Source: Verrucomicrobiia bacterium (GTDB lineage: Bacteria > Verrucomicrobiota > Verrucomicrobiia > Palsa-1439). From it: a stretch of DNA of 64,000 bases. Positions 1 through 9,656 of this stretch are shown piece by piece. The notes beneath the pieces were generated by a model. The model ran no database searches and was not told the DNA's origin. It saw only the letters and a program-made list of their open reading frames with translations. Both the position numbers and the translations under genes were made by a program. Position 1 is the first letter of the stretch; each line of letters starts with the position of its first letter. The DNA lies in assembly GCA_035541135.1 (NCBI GenBank), contig DATKNW010000044.1, positions 4,489 to 68,488 on the forward strand, in the 5' to 3' direction.

Positions 1-788
1 TGGCGTCGTGGAAGCGGGCCACCGGGCGGACGACCCCGGTCCTGGTCGGCGTGCTCACCGATTTTGTCGCGCACCGCTACTGGGCCGATCCGAATGTGGA
101 CCTGTATATCGCTCCCAGCGAAGATACGCGCCAAAAACTGGTGTCGCAGGGGGTCCCGCCCGAACGGGTCGCGGCGTTCGGAATTCCGACCCAGGACTGC
201 TTCCAGCAGACGGTGGACAAGGCGGCGGTGATCAAGAACCTCGGGCTCACACCTGATTTGCCGAAGATCCTGGTGATGGGCGGGAGTCTGGGGCTCGGGC
301 CGATGAAGTCCGTGATTCGCAAACTCAACAAGCTACCGCAGCCGTTCGACGTGATCGCCGTGACCGGCAAGAACCAGGAGCTGCAGGAGCAACTGGCGCG
401 AAAAGGGCCGAAGTTGCGGCACACCACGAGGATTTTTGGCTTCGTCGACAACGTGCAGGAATTGATGGAAATCTCCGAGATCATCATCACGAAACCGGGC
501 GGGATCACCACGGCCGAAGCGCTCGTCAAAAAGCTGCCGATGATCATCATCAATCCCATCCCCGGCCAGGAAGCCAAGAACACCGAGTACCTGCTCTCGC
601 AAAATGTCGCGGTCGAAGCGGAGGACGCCAACGACGTCATGGCGTTTGTCGACGAGTTCCTGCGCAATCCGCGCAAGCTCTGGACCATGCGTGAAGCGGC
701 TGCCGCCCTGGGACGCCCGCGTTCCGCCGAGAACGCCGCGCGGGACATCCTGCGTCTGCTCGTTGCCAATCCCGCGGTTGCCGCATGA
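1..788 (+). CDS. Processive diacylglycerol glycosyltransferase (MGDG synthase/YpfP-UgtP family, GT28), C-terminal part; 5' end lies outside the window
   Basis: Open frame runs from base 3 with no upstream stop. The translation (VLVGVLTDF...YIAPSE...ILVMGGSLGLG...IITKPGGITTAEAL...IIINPIPGQE) matches the C-terminal half of YpfP/UgtP-type glycosyltransferases motif by motif. Confidence 0.8.
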   Translation, partial: ASWKRATGRTTPVLVGVLTDFVAHRYWADPNVDLYIAPSEDTRQKLVSQGVPPERVAAFGIPTQDCFQQTVDKAAVIKNLGLTPDLPKILVMGGSLGLGPMKSVIRKLNKLPQPFDVIAVTGKNQELQEQLARKGPKLRHTTRIFGFVDNVQELMEISEIIITKPGGITTAEALVKKLPMIIINPIPGQEAKNTEYLLSQNVAVEAEDANDVMAFVDEFLRNPRKLWTMREAAAALGRPRSAENAARDILRLLVANPAVAA

Positions 789-1741
789 AGTATTACTGGC
801 TCAAGTCGGCCGAGCTGCTGGCCCGGGTGCTGCCGCGCCGCATGAACTACGGGATCGCCCGCCGCGTCGCTGACCTGTATGTCCTGTTCGACAAACGCGG
901 CCGGGAAAGCGTCATCGCCAATCTGCAGCAGATCCACGCCAGCAGCGGCATGATCTTGTCGCCTCGCGCCCTGCATTCGCTGGCGCGCGAGAATTTCCTC
1001 AACTTCGCCAAGTACCTGGTCGATTTCTTCAAGTTCCTGCGCCTCGACCGGCGGCAGATCGACAAGATCGTCCATTTCGGGAACGTGCCGAAGGCTCTCG
1101 ACGATCTGCTGGCCCACGGCAAGGGCGTCATTTTCCTCAGTGCGCACCTGGGCAACTGGGAGCTGGGGGCCGCGGCGTTGGCCGCGCTGGGGTACAAACT
1201 CAACAGCGTCGCCCTTCAGGTGCCCGACAAGAAGCTCAATGAGCTGTATCAGCACTACCGCGCGCTTCGCGGGTTGTACCCGATCCCCTTCGGCCGGGCC
1301 GGCCGCGAGTGTATTGCCGCGATCCGGCGCAACGAAATCGTCGGCGTGGTTGCCGACCGGGACTTCACCGGATCCAACCACACCGTCGAGTTCTTCGGCC
1401 GCCCGGCGCGGTTGCCGGACGGACCGGCGAAGTTGGCCCTGGCCACCGGCGCTCCCTTGCTGCCAATCTTCATGGTCCGCTTGCCGGATGACACGTTCGC
1501 CTACATCATGGAGGAACCGATCTGGGCGGACAAATCGCGGCAGAGCGTCGATGACATCATGCGCCTCATCGCTGCCGCCCTGGAGCGCGTGATCCGCCAG
1601 CACAGCGAACAATGGTTCCTGTTTCACAATTTGTGGGACATCGAGTCGGATCGCGCACTCGCCGCCGCGACGGCGTTTGGAGCGACGACACCGAAGGACG
1701 CGGCCGATTCGGACGCAGACCAAGCCGCTGCCTCTGACTAG
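785..1741 (+). CDS. Lipid A biosynthesis lauroyl/myristoyl acyltransferase-like (LpxL/HtrB lysophospholipid acyltransferase family)
   Basis: ATGA start/stop overlap with the upstream GT28 gene. Carries the HxGNWE motif (SAHLGNWELG) typical of LpxL/LpxM. N-terminal WLKSAELLARVLPRR... resembles Lip_A_acyltrans proteins. Confidence 0.75.
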   Translation: MKYYWLKSAELLARVLPRRMNYGIARRVADLYVLFDKRGRESVIANLQQIHASSGMILSPRALHSLARENFLNFAKYLVDFFKFLRLDRRQIDKIVHFGNVPKALDDLLAHGKGVIFLSAHLGNWELGAAALAALGYKLNSVALQVPDKKLNELYQHYRALRGLYPIPFGRAGRECIAAIRRNEIVGVVADRDFTGSNHTVEFFGRPARLPDGPAKLALATGAPLLPIFMVRLPDDTFAYIMEEPIWADKSRQSVDDIMRLIAAALERVIRQHSEQWFLFHNLWDIESDRALAAATAFGATTPKDAADSDADQAAASD

Positions 1742-1982
1742 ATGGATCATGGCGCTGACCGCTCGTGGTGAATCCTCCCGATGAACTGCCGGCCGCGGGC
1801 GTCTTGAGTTTCACCAGCGGAAGTTGTATACTGTCCGCTGGTTGCTCGGGCAATTCCTGAAAACTGGTGACGAAGAAGGCGCGTACTCTGTAGGGGCAGT
1901 CGCGTATCCACCTTTTGTTCCTGAATTGATCCGGCACCTCACAACGTGTGGCTGGCATCCATTGCGCGAAAGGAACCATATC

Positions 1983-3791
1983 GTGAACGCATTTCGCACT
2001 CTTTTGGTGATCATCTCGGTGGTCCTCGCTGGTTCTTTCCAGCGAGCGAACGCCGACACAGCCACCCTGACCGTCCTGTACCATTTCGGCGTCAACAACG
2101 GCCCGGTCGGCCCCTACGATGGCTCGTATCCCGTCCAGCCGCCGATCGTCGGCACCGACGGCAACTTGTACGGGACGACGTATTACGGCGGGACGAACGA
2201 CGACGGCACCATCTACAAGATGACCCCGCAGGGCACGCTCACCACCCTGTACACGTTTCAGGGGTATGACGGCATCGGCCCGCGGGGGTTGCTGTTCGAG
2301 ACCAATGGTGTGCTTTATGGCACGACCCAATCCGGCGGAAATGGGATCGTCATCTCCAGCACGGAAACGAGCATCTGTTGCGGCACGATCTTCTCGATCA
2401 CTCCCCAAGGCGCGTTCACCAGCCTCTTCAGCTTCGACACCACCAATGGCGACACGTCCGACTCCGGGGTGATCCCCGGCGGCGACGGCAATTACATCGG
2501 CACGACCTACAGCGGCGGCATGGGGAGCGCCTACGAAGGCACCAACGCCGCCGATGACTTTGGCGACGGGGTGCAAAACCCACCGGGCACGATCTACAAA
2601 ATCAATTCGCAGTTCACAACCATCACAACCATTCATAGCTTCAGCGGCACCGACGGCGCCAACCCGGGCAAAGAGGCCGTCATCGGCACCGACGGAAACA
2701 TCTACGGAACGACCTTGTTCGGCGGCGCCCACGACGCCGGCGCGGTCTATCAAATCACCTCCAGCGGCACGTTCACGCTCCTGTACTCGTTTGCGGACGG
2801 GACGGATGGCGCGCATCCCAAAGCCGAGCTCGTCGAAGGCCTCGACGGCAATTATTACGGAACGACACTGGATGGCGGCGGAAGCGTCGGCAAGAAATGG
2901 TGCGGCGCGAACGGCTGTGGCACCGCGTTCGTGATCACCCCGCAAGGCACGCTGACAACCTTGCACGATTTCAATGGCGATCCCGATCCGGCCCATCCGG
3001 GAAGCCTGGCGCTCGGTCCGGATGGCAATTTCTACGGGACGAGTTTTACCGGCGGCACGAACCATCTTGGCACCGTGTTCATGATCACGCCGCAGGGTGC
3101 TGTCACCGCGTTGTATCAGTTTCGCGGCGCGGATGGCTCGGAACCCATCGCCGGCCTGACTCTCGCGAGTGACGGCAGTTTCTACGGCGCAACCACGGCC
3201 GGCGGCGCTCATAATCAAGGCACGATCTTCCGAGTCGTGATCAGCACCAACAACCCGCAGAACAACTGCACGTTCTCGCTCAATGCGACCAGCGTGACGC
3301 TAACGACCAAGGGCGGCTCGAAAAATGTCAGCGTGAAAGCCGTGGGCACTGATTGCTCCTGGTCGGCCACGACCACCAATCCGTTCATCACGGTCACTTC
3401 GGGCAGCACCGGCACGGGCAACGGCAAAGTGGCCTTCACCGTTCCCGGCAACACCAATACCACGCCCTTGGTCGGCACGATCAACATTGCCGGCCTGACC
3501 TTTACCGTCAACCAAACCGCAGGCGGATGCACATACAAGCTCAGCCCCAAATCCGCCAAGCTCAAGTCCACCGCCGGGACAGCCAGCGTGAACGTATCCC
3601 CGAACCTCGGTGATTGCACGTGGACGGCCACGACCACCAATTTGTTTATCACCATCACCTCCGGCAGCAGCGGGACGGGGAAGGGGAAGGTCACGTATTC
3701 GGTGCCAGCCAACACATCCACCAGCACCCTCACCGGCACGATCTCGATCGGGGGTCAGAACTTCACGGTAATTCAAGCCGGGGTCAAGTAG
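1983..3791 (+). CDS. Secreted GloVer tandem-repeat protein (choice-of-anchor tandem repeat, TIGR03803-like) with two C-terminal BACON/Ig-like domains
   Basis: Likely GTG start at 1983 with an AAGGAA-like SD ~8 nt upstream and signal peptide VNAFRTLLVIISVVLAGSFQRANA (alternative ATG at 1824). At least 8 repeats of the LYGTT..GG...GT(I/V)(F/Y)KITP.G.LTTL.SF type. Two C-terminal C..S..TS...GG.......C.W.A.T...ITV.SG.G.GNG.V.(F/Y).V..N... modules resemble BACON domains. Confidence 0.75.
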   Translation: MNAFRTLLVIISVVLAGSFQRANADTATLTVLYHFGVNNGPVGPYDGSYPVQPPIVGTDGNLYGTTYYGGTNDDGTIYKMTPQGTLTTLYTFQGYDGIGPRGLLFETNGVLYGTTQSGGNGIVISSTETSICCGTIFSITPQGAFTSLFSFDTTNGDTSDSGVIPGGDGNYIGTTYSGGMGSAYEGTNAADDFGDGVQNPPGTIYKINSQFTTITTIHSFSGTDGANPGKEAVIGTDGNIYGTTLFGGAHDAGAVYQITSSGTFTLLYSFADGTDGAHPKAELVEGLDGNYYGTTLDGGGSVGKKWCGANGCGTAFVITPQGTLTTLHDFNGDPDPAHPGSLALGPDGNFYGTSFTGGTNHLGTVFMITPQGAVTALYQFRGADGSEPIAGLTLASDGSFYGATTAGGAHNQGTIFRVVISTNNPQNNCTFSLNATSVTLTTKGGSKNVSVKAVGTDCSWSATTTNPFITVTSGSTGTGNGKVAFTVPGNTNTTPLVGTINIAGLTFTVNQTAGGCTYKLSPKSAKLKSTAGTASVNVSPNLGDCTWTATTTNLFITITSGSSGTGKGKVTYSVPANTSTSTLTGTISIGGQNFTVIQAGVK

Positions 3792-3957
3792 ACCCGCAAT
3801 ATTGAATGCCGAGGTAGGGCGGGCTGGCCCAGCCCGCCGCGTCGTCGGAATGTGGCCGGCCCGGCGATCCGACCCTACCAACAACTCTCTCCGTTGTGCG
3901 AAGGTCTTTTACCCCAAGGTTGTCGGGTGCCGCAACAGCGGTGCGCGAAACAACGCC

Positions 3958-5832
3958 TCAAAACCGTCTCGGATCGTACCATTCGCCATGACATCCGATC
4001 ACATTCTGGATTCGCTGGGCGTCACGAACCAGAATTCGTCCCTGATATGGGGGACAGATCCGTCCCCAGCATGTCTGGATGTTCACGTTAAAGATGAACA
4101 TGTCGAGGTCACCGCAGGCAAACCATGGATTTCCGCGGTGCAACGCGTTGGACGCCGCCTGCAACTCCCAGATCAGGTAGTTGGCCACGCATGGATTCAG
4201 ATTGAGGCTCTGGACCAGCGCGGTGAGGTCATTGATCTGCTCCGTCGCGCCTCTGACGTGCACCGCGAGACTGCACGTGCCGGTATTGCCCTCGCTATCG
4301 GTCGCGACGCAACTGACGACCGTGTCGCCGATGGGAAACCGGCTGCCGCTGGCCGGTGTGCAGATGATGCCTATGGCGCAGCCATTGGAAGCCGTTGGCT
4401 CGGCGAAGTACACCGTTGCTCCGCTCGGCGAAGTCGCATCCACTCTGAAGTTCGCGGGACAATTCACCGTGATCGCGTGAGGGCACTCGCCCTGTTGGAC
4501 CTCGTACGCGCCGATGTCGGTGCTGTCGCCGCCCGGGGCATTCGGCGCGACGCAATCGTCAAACGTGCGGACGTATCCGTTGCCGCGCTGGTCGGTCGTC
4601 GCGCTCGAGAAATTCTTGCCTTGGTCGATGGCCGGGCTCCCGCACAACGGCGCGCAGGTGAACGTCGGCCCGCCATTGTCCTGCAACGGCCCGAGCATCG
4701 GATCGGTGTTGTTCTGGTCGCCGGTTGCGGTCAACTTATCGGCGCCCCCGTCGGGGTTCACCACGCCCGCGTCGGTGATCAGGTTGTATCCGAGCGACGT
4801 AATTGTGCCCCCGTTATTCCCGATAGTGACCGACTCATCGATAGAGTCCAGAATGGTGCTGCCAATTTCTACGGTTGAATCGTAGTTAAACAAGCTGACT
4901 CCCCAGATGGAGCCGAACGCACGATACCAATTGCTGCTTAGCGTGCTGTTAACGACCTTCAAGCTCGCCCCGAACTCGTTGTCGATGCCCGACCCGCCAG
5001 CAGGGGCCGTGTTCCCCGCAATTGTGCTGTTAAGCAACTCCAGACTCGCTTGGTTGTTCTCGATCCCGCCGCCTATTATTGCAGAATTGCCACTGATCGT
5101 GCTGTTGACAATCACGGCACTCGCCATCCCGCCATTACCCCAGTTGCAGATGCCGCCGCCATTGCAGCTTCGGATATCGCCGACTACCGCGGAGTTTCCA
5201 ACGAGAGAGCAGTTAATGATGATCAGCGTCGCCGTACTGCCCTCGAGGTGGGGGACAAGAGTGCGAGACCCGACGTTGTATATGGCGCCGCCAAGCTCTC
5301 CACTGTTGCCTCTCAAGGTGCAACCGCTGAGGGTGAGCGTGCCGTTGATATTTCCGATGCCACCGCCGCCGCATCTTTGGTTGCCGCCAGCCAAGTTCTC
5401 AGCGATAACGCAGTTACTCACCGCTAGGGTCGAGCTGTCGTTCCTGATTCCACCGCCAATAAAGATGCCGTCCCGAGCGGTCAAATAGTTCTGAGCCGCC
5501 CCGTTTGTTACGGTCAGGCCGGAGAGGCTGACGACACTATTCGAGCCGACGTGGAACACACGGCTATGTTGGTTTCCATCGACCGCCAACAGGTCGGGCC
5601 CGGGCCCGACGACATCGACGCTATTGGTGACGAGGAGTTCGCCATTGGTCAGCAGGATTGTACCGGTGATGGAGGATGCATCGATCGTGTCTCCGTCACT
5701 GGCGCTGGCGAGAGTGTCGCGCAACGAGCCGGGGCCGGAATCGTTGGTGGACGTGACCGTGATAATTGCGGCGCCAAGTGGGGTGATAGTGACGATCAGA
5801 AATGCAGCAACGACTAGAAAGCGTGCCTTCAT
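3958..5832 (-). CDS. Secreted right-handed parallel beta-helix protein (choice-of-anchor Q-like) with a C-terminal HYR domain
   Basis: N-terminal signal peptide MKARFLVVAAFLIVTITPLGAA. Many GGG(I/L) and N.(S/T)(I/L).GN beta-helix rungs. C-terminal CP.NF.V....SGATV.F..PTASNGC...ICTP.SGS.FP.G.T.V.C.ATDS.GN...C.. matches the HYR domain. Convergent with the GloVer protein. Confidence 0.7.
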   Translation of the reverse strand: MKARFLVVAAFLIVTITPLGAAIITVTSTNDSGPGSLRDTLASASDGDTIDASSITGTILLTNGELLVTNSVDVVGPGPDLLAVDGNQHSRVFHVGSNSVVSLSGLTVTNGAAQNYLTARDGIFIGGGIRNDSSTLAVSNCVIAENLAGGNQRCGGGGIGNINGTLTLSGCTLRGNSGELGGAIYNVGSRTLVPHLEGSTATLIIINCSLVGNSAVVGDIRSCNGGGICNWGNGGMASAVIVNSTISGNSAIIGGGIENNQASLELLNSTIAGNTAPAGGSGIDNEFGASLKVVNSTLSSNWYRAFGSIWGVSLFNYDSTVEIGSTILDSIDESVTIGNNGGTITSLGYNLITDAGVVNPDGGADKLTATGDQNNTDPMLGPLQDNGGPTFTCAPLCGSPAIDQGKNFSSATTDQRGNGYVRTFDDCVAPNAPGGDSTDIGAYEVQQGECPHAITVNCPANFRVDATSPSGATVYFAEPTASNGCAIGIICTPASGSRFPIGDTVVSCVATDSEGNTGTCSLAVHVRGATEQINDLTALVQSLNLNPCVANYLIWELQAASNALHRGNPWFACGDLDMFIFNVNIQTCWGRICPPYQGRILVRDAQRIQNVIGCHGEWYDPRRF

Positions 5833-6096
5833 ATTCGATCCTCCAGTCTTCTCCAGACTCGTTTACTGTGCGAGGCCAGTCTATGGCGGTCTGGGGAATT
5901 GTTAAGTTAAAGGTGTGTAAAAAAGTGGATGGTGATAGCCGGGGTAACCGGCGGGACGCCCAGTGGGGGCAGTGGGCCTACAACGGCGCGCCGAGCCAGC
6001 GCACCCTACCAACAACTGAATGGACGGGCAGGCCTTTTCCTCTCAATTTTCCAAGCTGACATCCGTTGGCGGGTGTGCTACACGTAGCGACCCTTT

Positions 6097-6741
6097 ATGC
6101 AAGCCTTGCACCAATTGCTCGACCTGTTCCTGCACTTGGACAGACACCTGAACGACGCGATGAACGTCCACGGGACGGCCTGGACCTACGGGCTGCTGTT
6201 TGCGATCATTTTTTCCGAGACCGGATTTGTCGTGACGCCATTCCTGCCGGGGGATTCGCTGTTGTTCGCGGCGGGGGCGTTGGCGGCGACGCCGGGCAGC
6301 CCGCTGAGCGTCGGCTGGCTGTTCGTGGTGCTCTGCCTCGCGGCTATCGGCGGGAACACGGCGAATTATTCCATCGGCCACTTCTTCGGCGACAAACTGG
6401 CCGCGCGGTTCCCGCGGATCGTGAAGAAGGAGTACCTCGACAAGACGCACGCGTTCTACGAGAAGTACGGCGGCGAGACGATCATCATCACGCGGTTCGT
6501 GCCGATCGTGCGCACGTTCGCCCCGTTCGTCGCGGGCGTCGGGCACATGACCTACCTGCGATTCAGCGTTTATAATTTTCTCGGCGGCGTGTTGTGGGTG
6601 ACGCTGCTGATGTTCGGCGGGTACTGGTTCGGCCAATTGGATTTCGTGAAGAAGCATTTCGGTGTCGTCGAGCTGGCGATCATTATTATCTCGGTCATGC
6701 CAATGGTGATTGAGTACTTGCGTGCCCGCAAGAAAGTGTGA
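6097..6741 (+). CDS. DedA/SNARE-associated family membrane protein
   Basis: GFVVTPFLPGDSLLFAAGALAA ... YGGETIIITRFVPIVRTFAPFVAGVGHMTY: canonical DedA motifs and several TM helices. Confidence 0.8.
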   Translation: MQALHQLLDLFLHLDRHLNDAMNVHGTAWTYGLLFAIIFSETGFVVTPFLPGDSLLFAAGALAATPGSPLSVGWLFVVLCLAAIGGNTANYSIGHFFGDKLAARFPRIVKKEYLDKTHAFYEKYGGETIIITRFVPIVRTFAPFVAGVGHMTYLRFSVYNFLGGVLWVTLLMFGGYWFGQLDFVKKHFGVVELAIIIISVMPMVIEYLRARKKV

Positions 6742-6766
6742 TTAACTAGCGGGAGTGGCCGAGGAA

Positions 6767-6844
6767 CGGGACGTAGCGCAGTTTGGCTAGCGCGCTTGGT
6801 TCGGGACCAAGAGGTCGCGGGTTCAAATCCCGCCGTCCCGACCA
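6767..6844 (+). tRNA. tRNA-Pro (anticodon CGG)
   Basis: Hand-folded cloverleaf: acceptor CGGGACG/CGTCCCG, D-stem GCGC/GCGC, anticodon stem CTTGG/CCAAG with loop TTCGGGA (anticodon CGG), T-arm GCGGG-TTCAAAT-CCCGC, discriminator A, encoded CCA. Confidence 0.85.
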
Positions 6845-6887
6845 TCTCCCCGAGATGGGAGGGGGAAGGCGTTTGTCGTCCAACGCC

Positions 6888-6906
6888 AATCCCGCCGTCC
6901 CGACCA
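6888..6906 (+). repeat. Direct repeat of the tRNA-Pro 3' end (AATCCCGCCGTCCCGACCA), 44 bp downstream of the tRNA
   Basis: The 19-nt string at 6826-6844 (T-arm 3' half, acceptor 3' strand and CCA) recurs exactly at 6888-6906. An att-like duplication of this kind is typical of integrase-mediated insertion or excision scars. Confidence 0.6.
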
Positions 6907-7109
6907 CTTCCTTGAGCACCGTTCGCCGCGACGGACTGGGGCTCTTGAGCGGAGCGCCATCCTCGGCACGGCGCGATACGGATCCCGCGCACGCCCTCAA
7001 GAATCGGCCCAGCGGCCGCTCCCTTCCGACATTCTTATAATTGTCTTGCTCGGCGCCGTCTCGATGAGCATAAGTAGACGGATCAGCCTCTGAGAGAGGA
7101 GAGTCAGCG

Positions 7110-7526
7110 ATGAGCATTGCATACCGCATTGACAAAGGAATGGGGTTTACCTTGACCCGGTGGGATGGAGTGGTCACAGCGAGCGAGTTCCTGACTCATG
7201 TACAAAAGCTAAGCTCAGACCCAGACTGGCCACCAGCCAGGCGCCTGCACCTGACTGATCTGTCGACCGCACGCCTCGATTCGTCTATGGACGAAGCGAC
7301 CGTCGAAAAGGCGGCACACCTTTACGGCGAGCGCCGGAATGAAATCAACGGCATGAAGGTGGCCATCGTGGCCGGTGACGCATCCAAACAAGCGGCGGTC
7401 TTTGAACGAGTTATCGTGCAGTATGGGGCAACGGCCATCGTGTTCAATCACGTCGACGCCGCAGCCACATGGCTTGGGTTAAAGCCTGATACGGTTCAAT
7501 CCGCGATGCGGCAAGTCCCAGTGTAG
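7110..7526 (+). CDS. Hypothetical protein (138 aa), possibly STAS-like fold
   Basis: ORF with no recognisable family. Alternating beta/alpha pattern with DLS...DSS is reminiscent of SpoIIAA/STAS but weak. Follows the tRNA-Pro repeat. Confidence 0.4.
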   Translation: MSIAYRIDKGMGFTLTRWDGVVTASEFLTHVQKLSSDPDWPPARRLHLTDLSTARLDSSMDEATVEKAAHLYGERRNEINGMKVAIVAGDASKQAAVFERVIVQYGATAIVFNHVDAAATWLGLKPDTVQSAMRQVPV

Positions 7527-7533
7527 TCCGATC

Positions 7534-8382
7534 TTAATGCGGTAGCCACACGGGCTTGCCGTTGAACTTCACGCCCTTGGCCTCGAAGGCCTTGATCAGC
7601 TTGCTCAGCCAATGCAGGAACGCGTCGAACCGCCGCAAGATGGCGTCTTCCGATTTCCGCGCCTCGGCATCGTCGCTGCCCAACAGGCTGGTGGGACCAG
7701 CTTCGCGCACGTGGATGCCGCGCGACCGCCGGGTGACTTCCGCCTTCCAACGTTCGAGGGCGGCCATCCGTGCGTCGAGCGTGTAATCCGTCGGACGGAT
7801 TTTCTTGAGCACATCCTTGTCCGCAGTGGTCAACTGGCCGTGCTTGACAAACAGATCCACCACGACCGGGCAGAGCCGCTCGGTCGCCTCCAGATGCTCG
7901 AAGGCGGGCGGCACCGCGGCGGTTTCGCCAACGGTCGATTGGACGGAGGTCGTGGGCGGCGCCACTTTGACAGGCTCGGGGTTGACGCCGAACGACCGAA
8001 TGATCCGCGATGTCCCGTGATGGCTGCCGACATGCATCACCTTGACGGCCGTGTGTTCGCTCTTCAGTTCGTTCTCGATTTCCTCGCGCGCCGCGACGGT
8101 CAGAACGATGCTCTGCGCCGTGCCGTCCATGCTCACGCGGATGGATTTGCGCATCAGCAGGTCCTGCACGACCTCGATCGTGTGCGCGTTCTGGATGTCC
8201 AGCAGGTCGTGATGCGCCAACGAATCGACCGCCGTCAGCACGTCTTCGCCGGGCGGATCGATTTGCAGGCCAAGGTTGTCCTGAATGGACTGCGATAGCT
8301 GGTCAAAATTCGGATGTTTCTGACCACCACTAAACATTCCGCCGAACAGTGCCATAAACGCTCCTCCCGGGGTGTTGAACAC
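7534..8382 (-). CDS. Hypothetical protein (282 aa)
   Basis: Long ORF convergent with 7110-7526. Gly-rich N-terminus MALFGGMFSGG. No family recognised. Confidence 0.45.
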   Translation of the reverse strand: MFNTPGGAFMALFGGMFSGGQKHPNFDQLSQSIQDNLGLQIDPPGEDVLTAVDSLAHHDLLDIQNAHTIEVVQDLLMRKSIRVSMDGTAQSIVLTVAAREEIENELKSEHTAVKVMHVGSHHGTSRIIRSFGVNPEPVKVAPPTTSVQSTVGETAAVPPAFEHLEATERLCPVVVDLFVKHGQLTTADKDVLKKIRPTDYTLDARMAALERWKAEVTRRSRGIHVREAGPTSLLGSDDAEARKSEDAILRRFDAFLHWLSKLIKAFEAKGVKFNGKPVWLPH

Positions 8383-8516
8383 ATTCTATGCTTCCCCGAT
8401 AGGGAAATGCAAGCTCAGAATGCATGGATGTGCGGGGTTTTTCAGGTCACCGAATGGGAGATGCTCCGTTCTCTTGACTGGGTTGCGGTTTGTCGATAGT
8501 CTGGCGGGCGGATGGT

Positions 8517-8792
8517 ATGCTGAAGCGTGCGACGGTCTTTTACACGGGGAGGGTGCAGGGAGTGGGGTTTCGCTACACCGCGCGCGAAATTGCTTGCGGT
8601 TACGACGTGACCGGATACGTTCGTAATTTGCCGGATGGCCGCGTCGAGCTGATTGCCGAGGGAGACGACGAGGAAGTCCGAGCCTTCGTGGAAGCCATGC
8701 GAGTCAGCCAATTGGGAAGCCACATACGAAATGCTGATGTGAATTGGAGCGTCGCCACGGAAGAGTTCCGTGGCTTCGAGATACGACATTAG
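8517..8792 (+). CDS. acyP: Acylphosphatase
   Basis: VFYTGRVQGVGFRYTAREIA...GYVRNLPDGRVELIAEGDDEEVRAFVEAM is the acylphosphatase signature. An alternative upstream ATG exists at 8490. Confidence 0.8.
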   Translation: MLKRATVFYTGRVQGVGFRYTAREIACGYDVTGYVRNLPDGRVELIAEGDDEEVRAFVEAMRVSQLGSHIRNADVNWSVATEEFRGFEIRH

Positions 8793-9656
8793 ATGGACGC
8801 GATTCGAACGGAACAACTGACAAAGAAATACGATTTGGGCTGGCGCAAGGGCAAATTGCTGGCGCTGGAGAAGCTCAATCTTCACGTGCACGAGGGCGAG
8901 GTGTATGGATTGCTCGGCCCAAACGGCTCGGGCAAAAGTACGACCCTCAAACTGGTGCTCGACCTGGTCGTGCCGACCGAGGGCAACGCCTGGATTTTCG
9001 ACGTGCCGTGCAGCAAGGTGGAATCACGGCTCCACGTCGGCTTTCTTCCCGAAAACCCGTATTTCTACCGATACCTGACGGGGGCGGAAACTCTCGAGTT
9101 CTACGGGAGACTGTGCGGTCTCCGCGACGTGTCGCTGAGGAAACGGGCCGAGGAATTGTTGGATCTGGTCGGCCTGAGCCACGCGCGCGATCGTCGTCTG
9201 GCCGGATACTCCAAAGGCATGCTTCAGCGGATCGGGCTGGCGCAAGCGTTGGTCCATGATCCGAAACTGCTCCTGCTCGACGAGCCCACAGCCGGCGTCG
9301 ATCCGATTGGCAGCAAGGACATCCGCGACCTCATCCTGCGCCTGAAAGGCATGGGCAAGACGGTCCTGCTCAGCTCGCATCTGCTGGCCCAGGTGCAGGA
9401 CGTGTGCGACCGCATCGGCGTTCTCAACCGCGGTCAGATGATCCTCGAAGGCGAGGTCAAAACACTCATCAGCGATCAGCGTCGATTGAGCATCACCGTT
9501 CAGGACCTGCCCGAAGCTGCGCGGGCGCGCGTCGAGGATGCCGTGCGAGCCGCAGGCGCGTCGATCGTATCGGTCGGGCATCCGCAGACGACGTTGGAAG
9601 CGCTGTTCCTGGATGCCCTGCGCAAAGACGAGCGAGGAGTCGGCGAACATGACTGA
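8793..9656 (+). CDS. ABC transporter ATP-binding protein
   Basis: Walker A GPNGSGKST, ABC signature LSGGM-like (YSKGMLQRIGLAQAL), Walker B LLLLDEPTAGVD, H-loop. Confidence 0.85.
   Translation: MDAIRTEQLTKKYDLGWRKGKLLALEKLNLHVHEGEVYGLLGPNGSGKSTTLKLVLDLVVPTEGNAWIFDVPCSKVESRLHVGFLPENPYFYRYLTGAETLEFYGRLCGLRDVSLRKRAEELLDLVGLSHARDRRLAGYSKGMLQRIGLAQALVHDPKLLLLDEPTAGVDPIGSKDIRDLILRLKGMGKTVLLSSHLLAQVQDVCDRIGVLNRGQMILEGEVKTLISDQRRLSITVQDLPEAARARVEDAVRAAGASIVSVGHPQTTLEALFLDALRKDERGVGEHD

Noticed and set aside
77-1750. 557-aa minus-strand ORF antisense to the GT28 and LpxL-like genes
   Set aside because: It completely overlaps two + strand genes with clear family motifs. Its translation is Arg/Gly/Pro-rich low-complexity sequence typical of GC-driven antisense frames.
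1566-3218. 550-aa minus-strand ORF opposite the GloVer repeat gene
   Set aside because: It is antisense to a well-supported repeat protein and has Ala/Arg/Gly-rich composition with no motifs.
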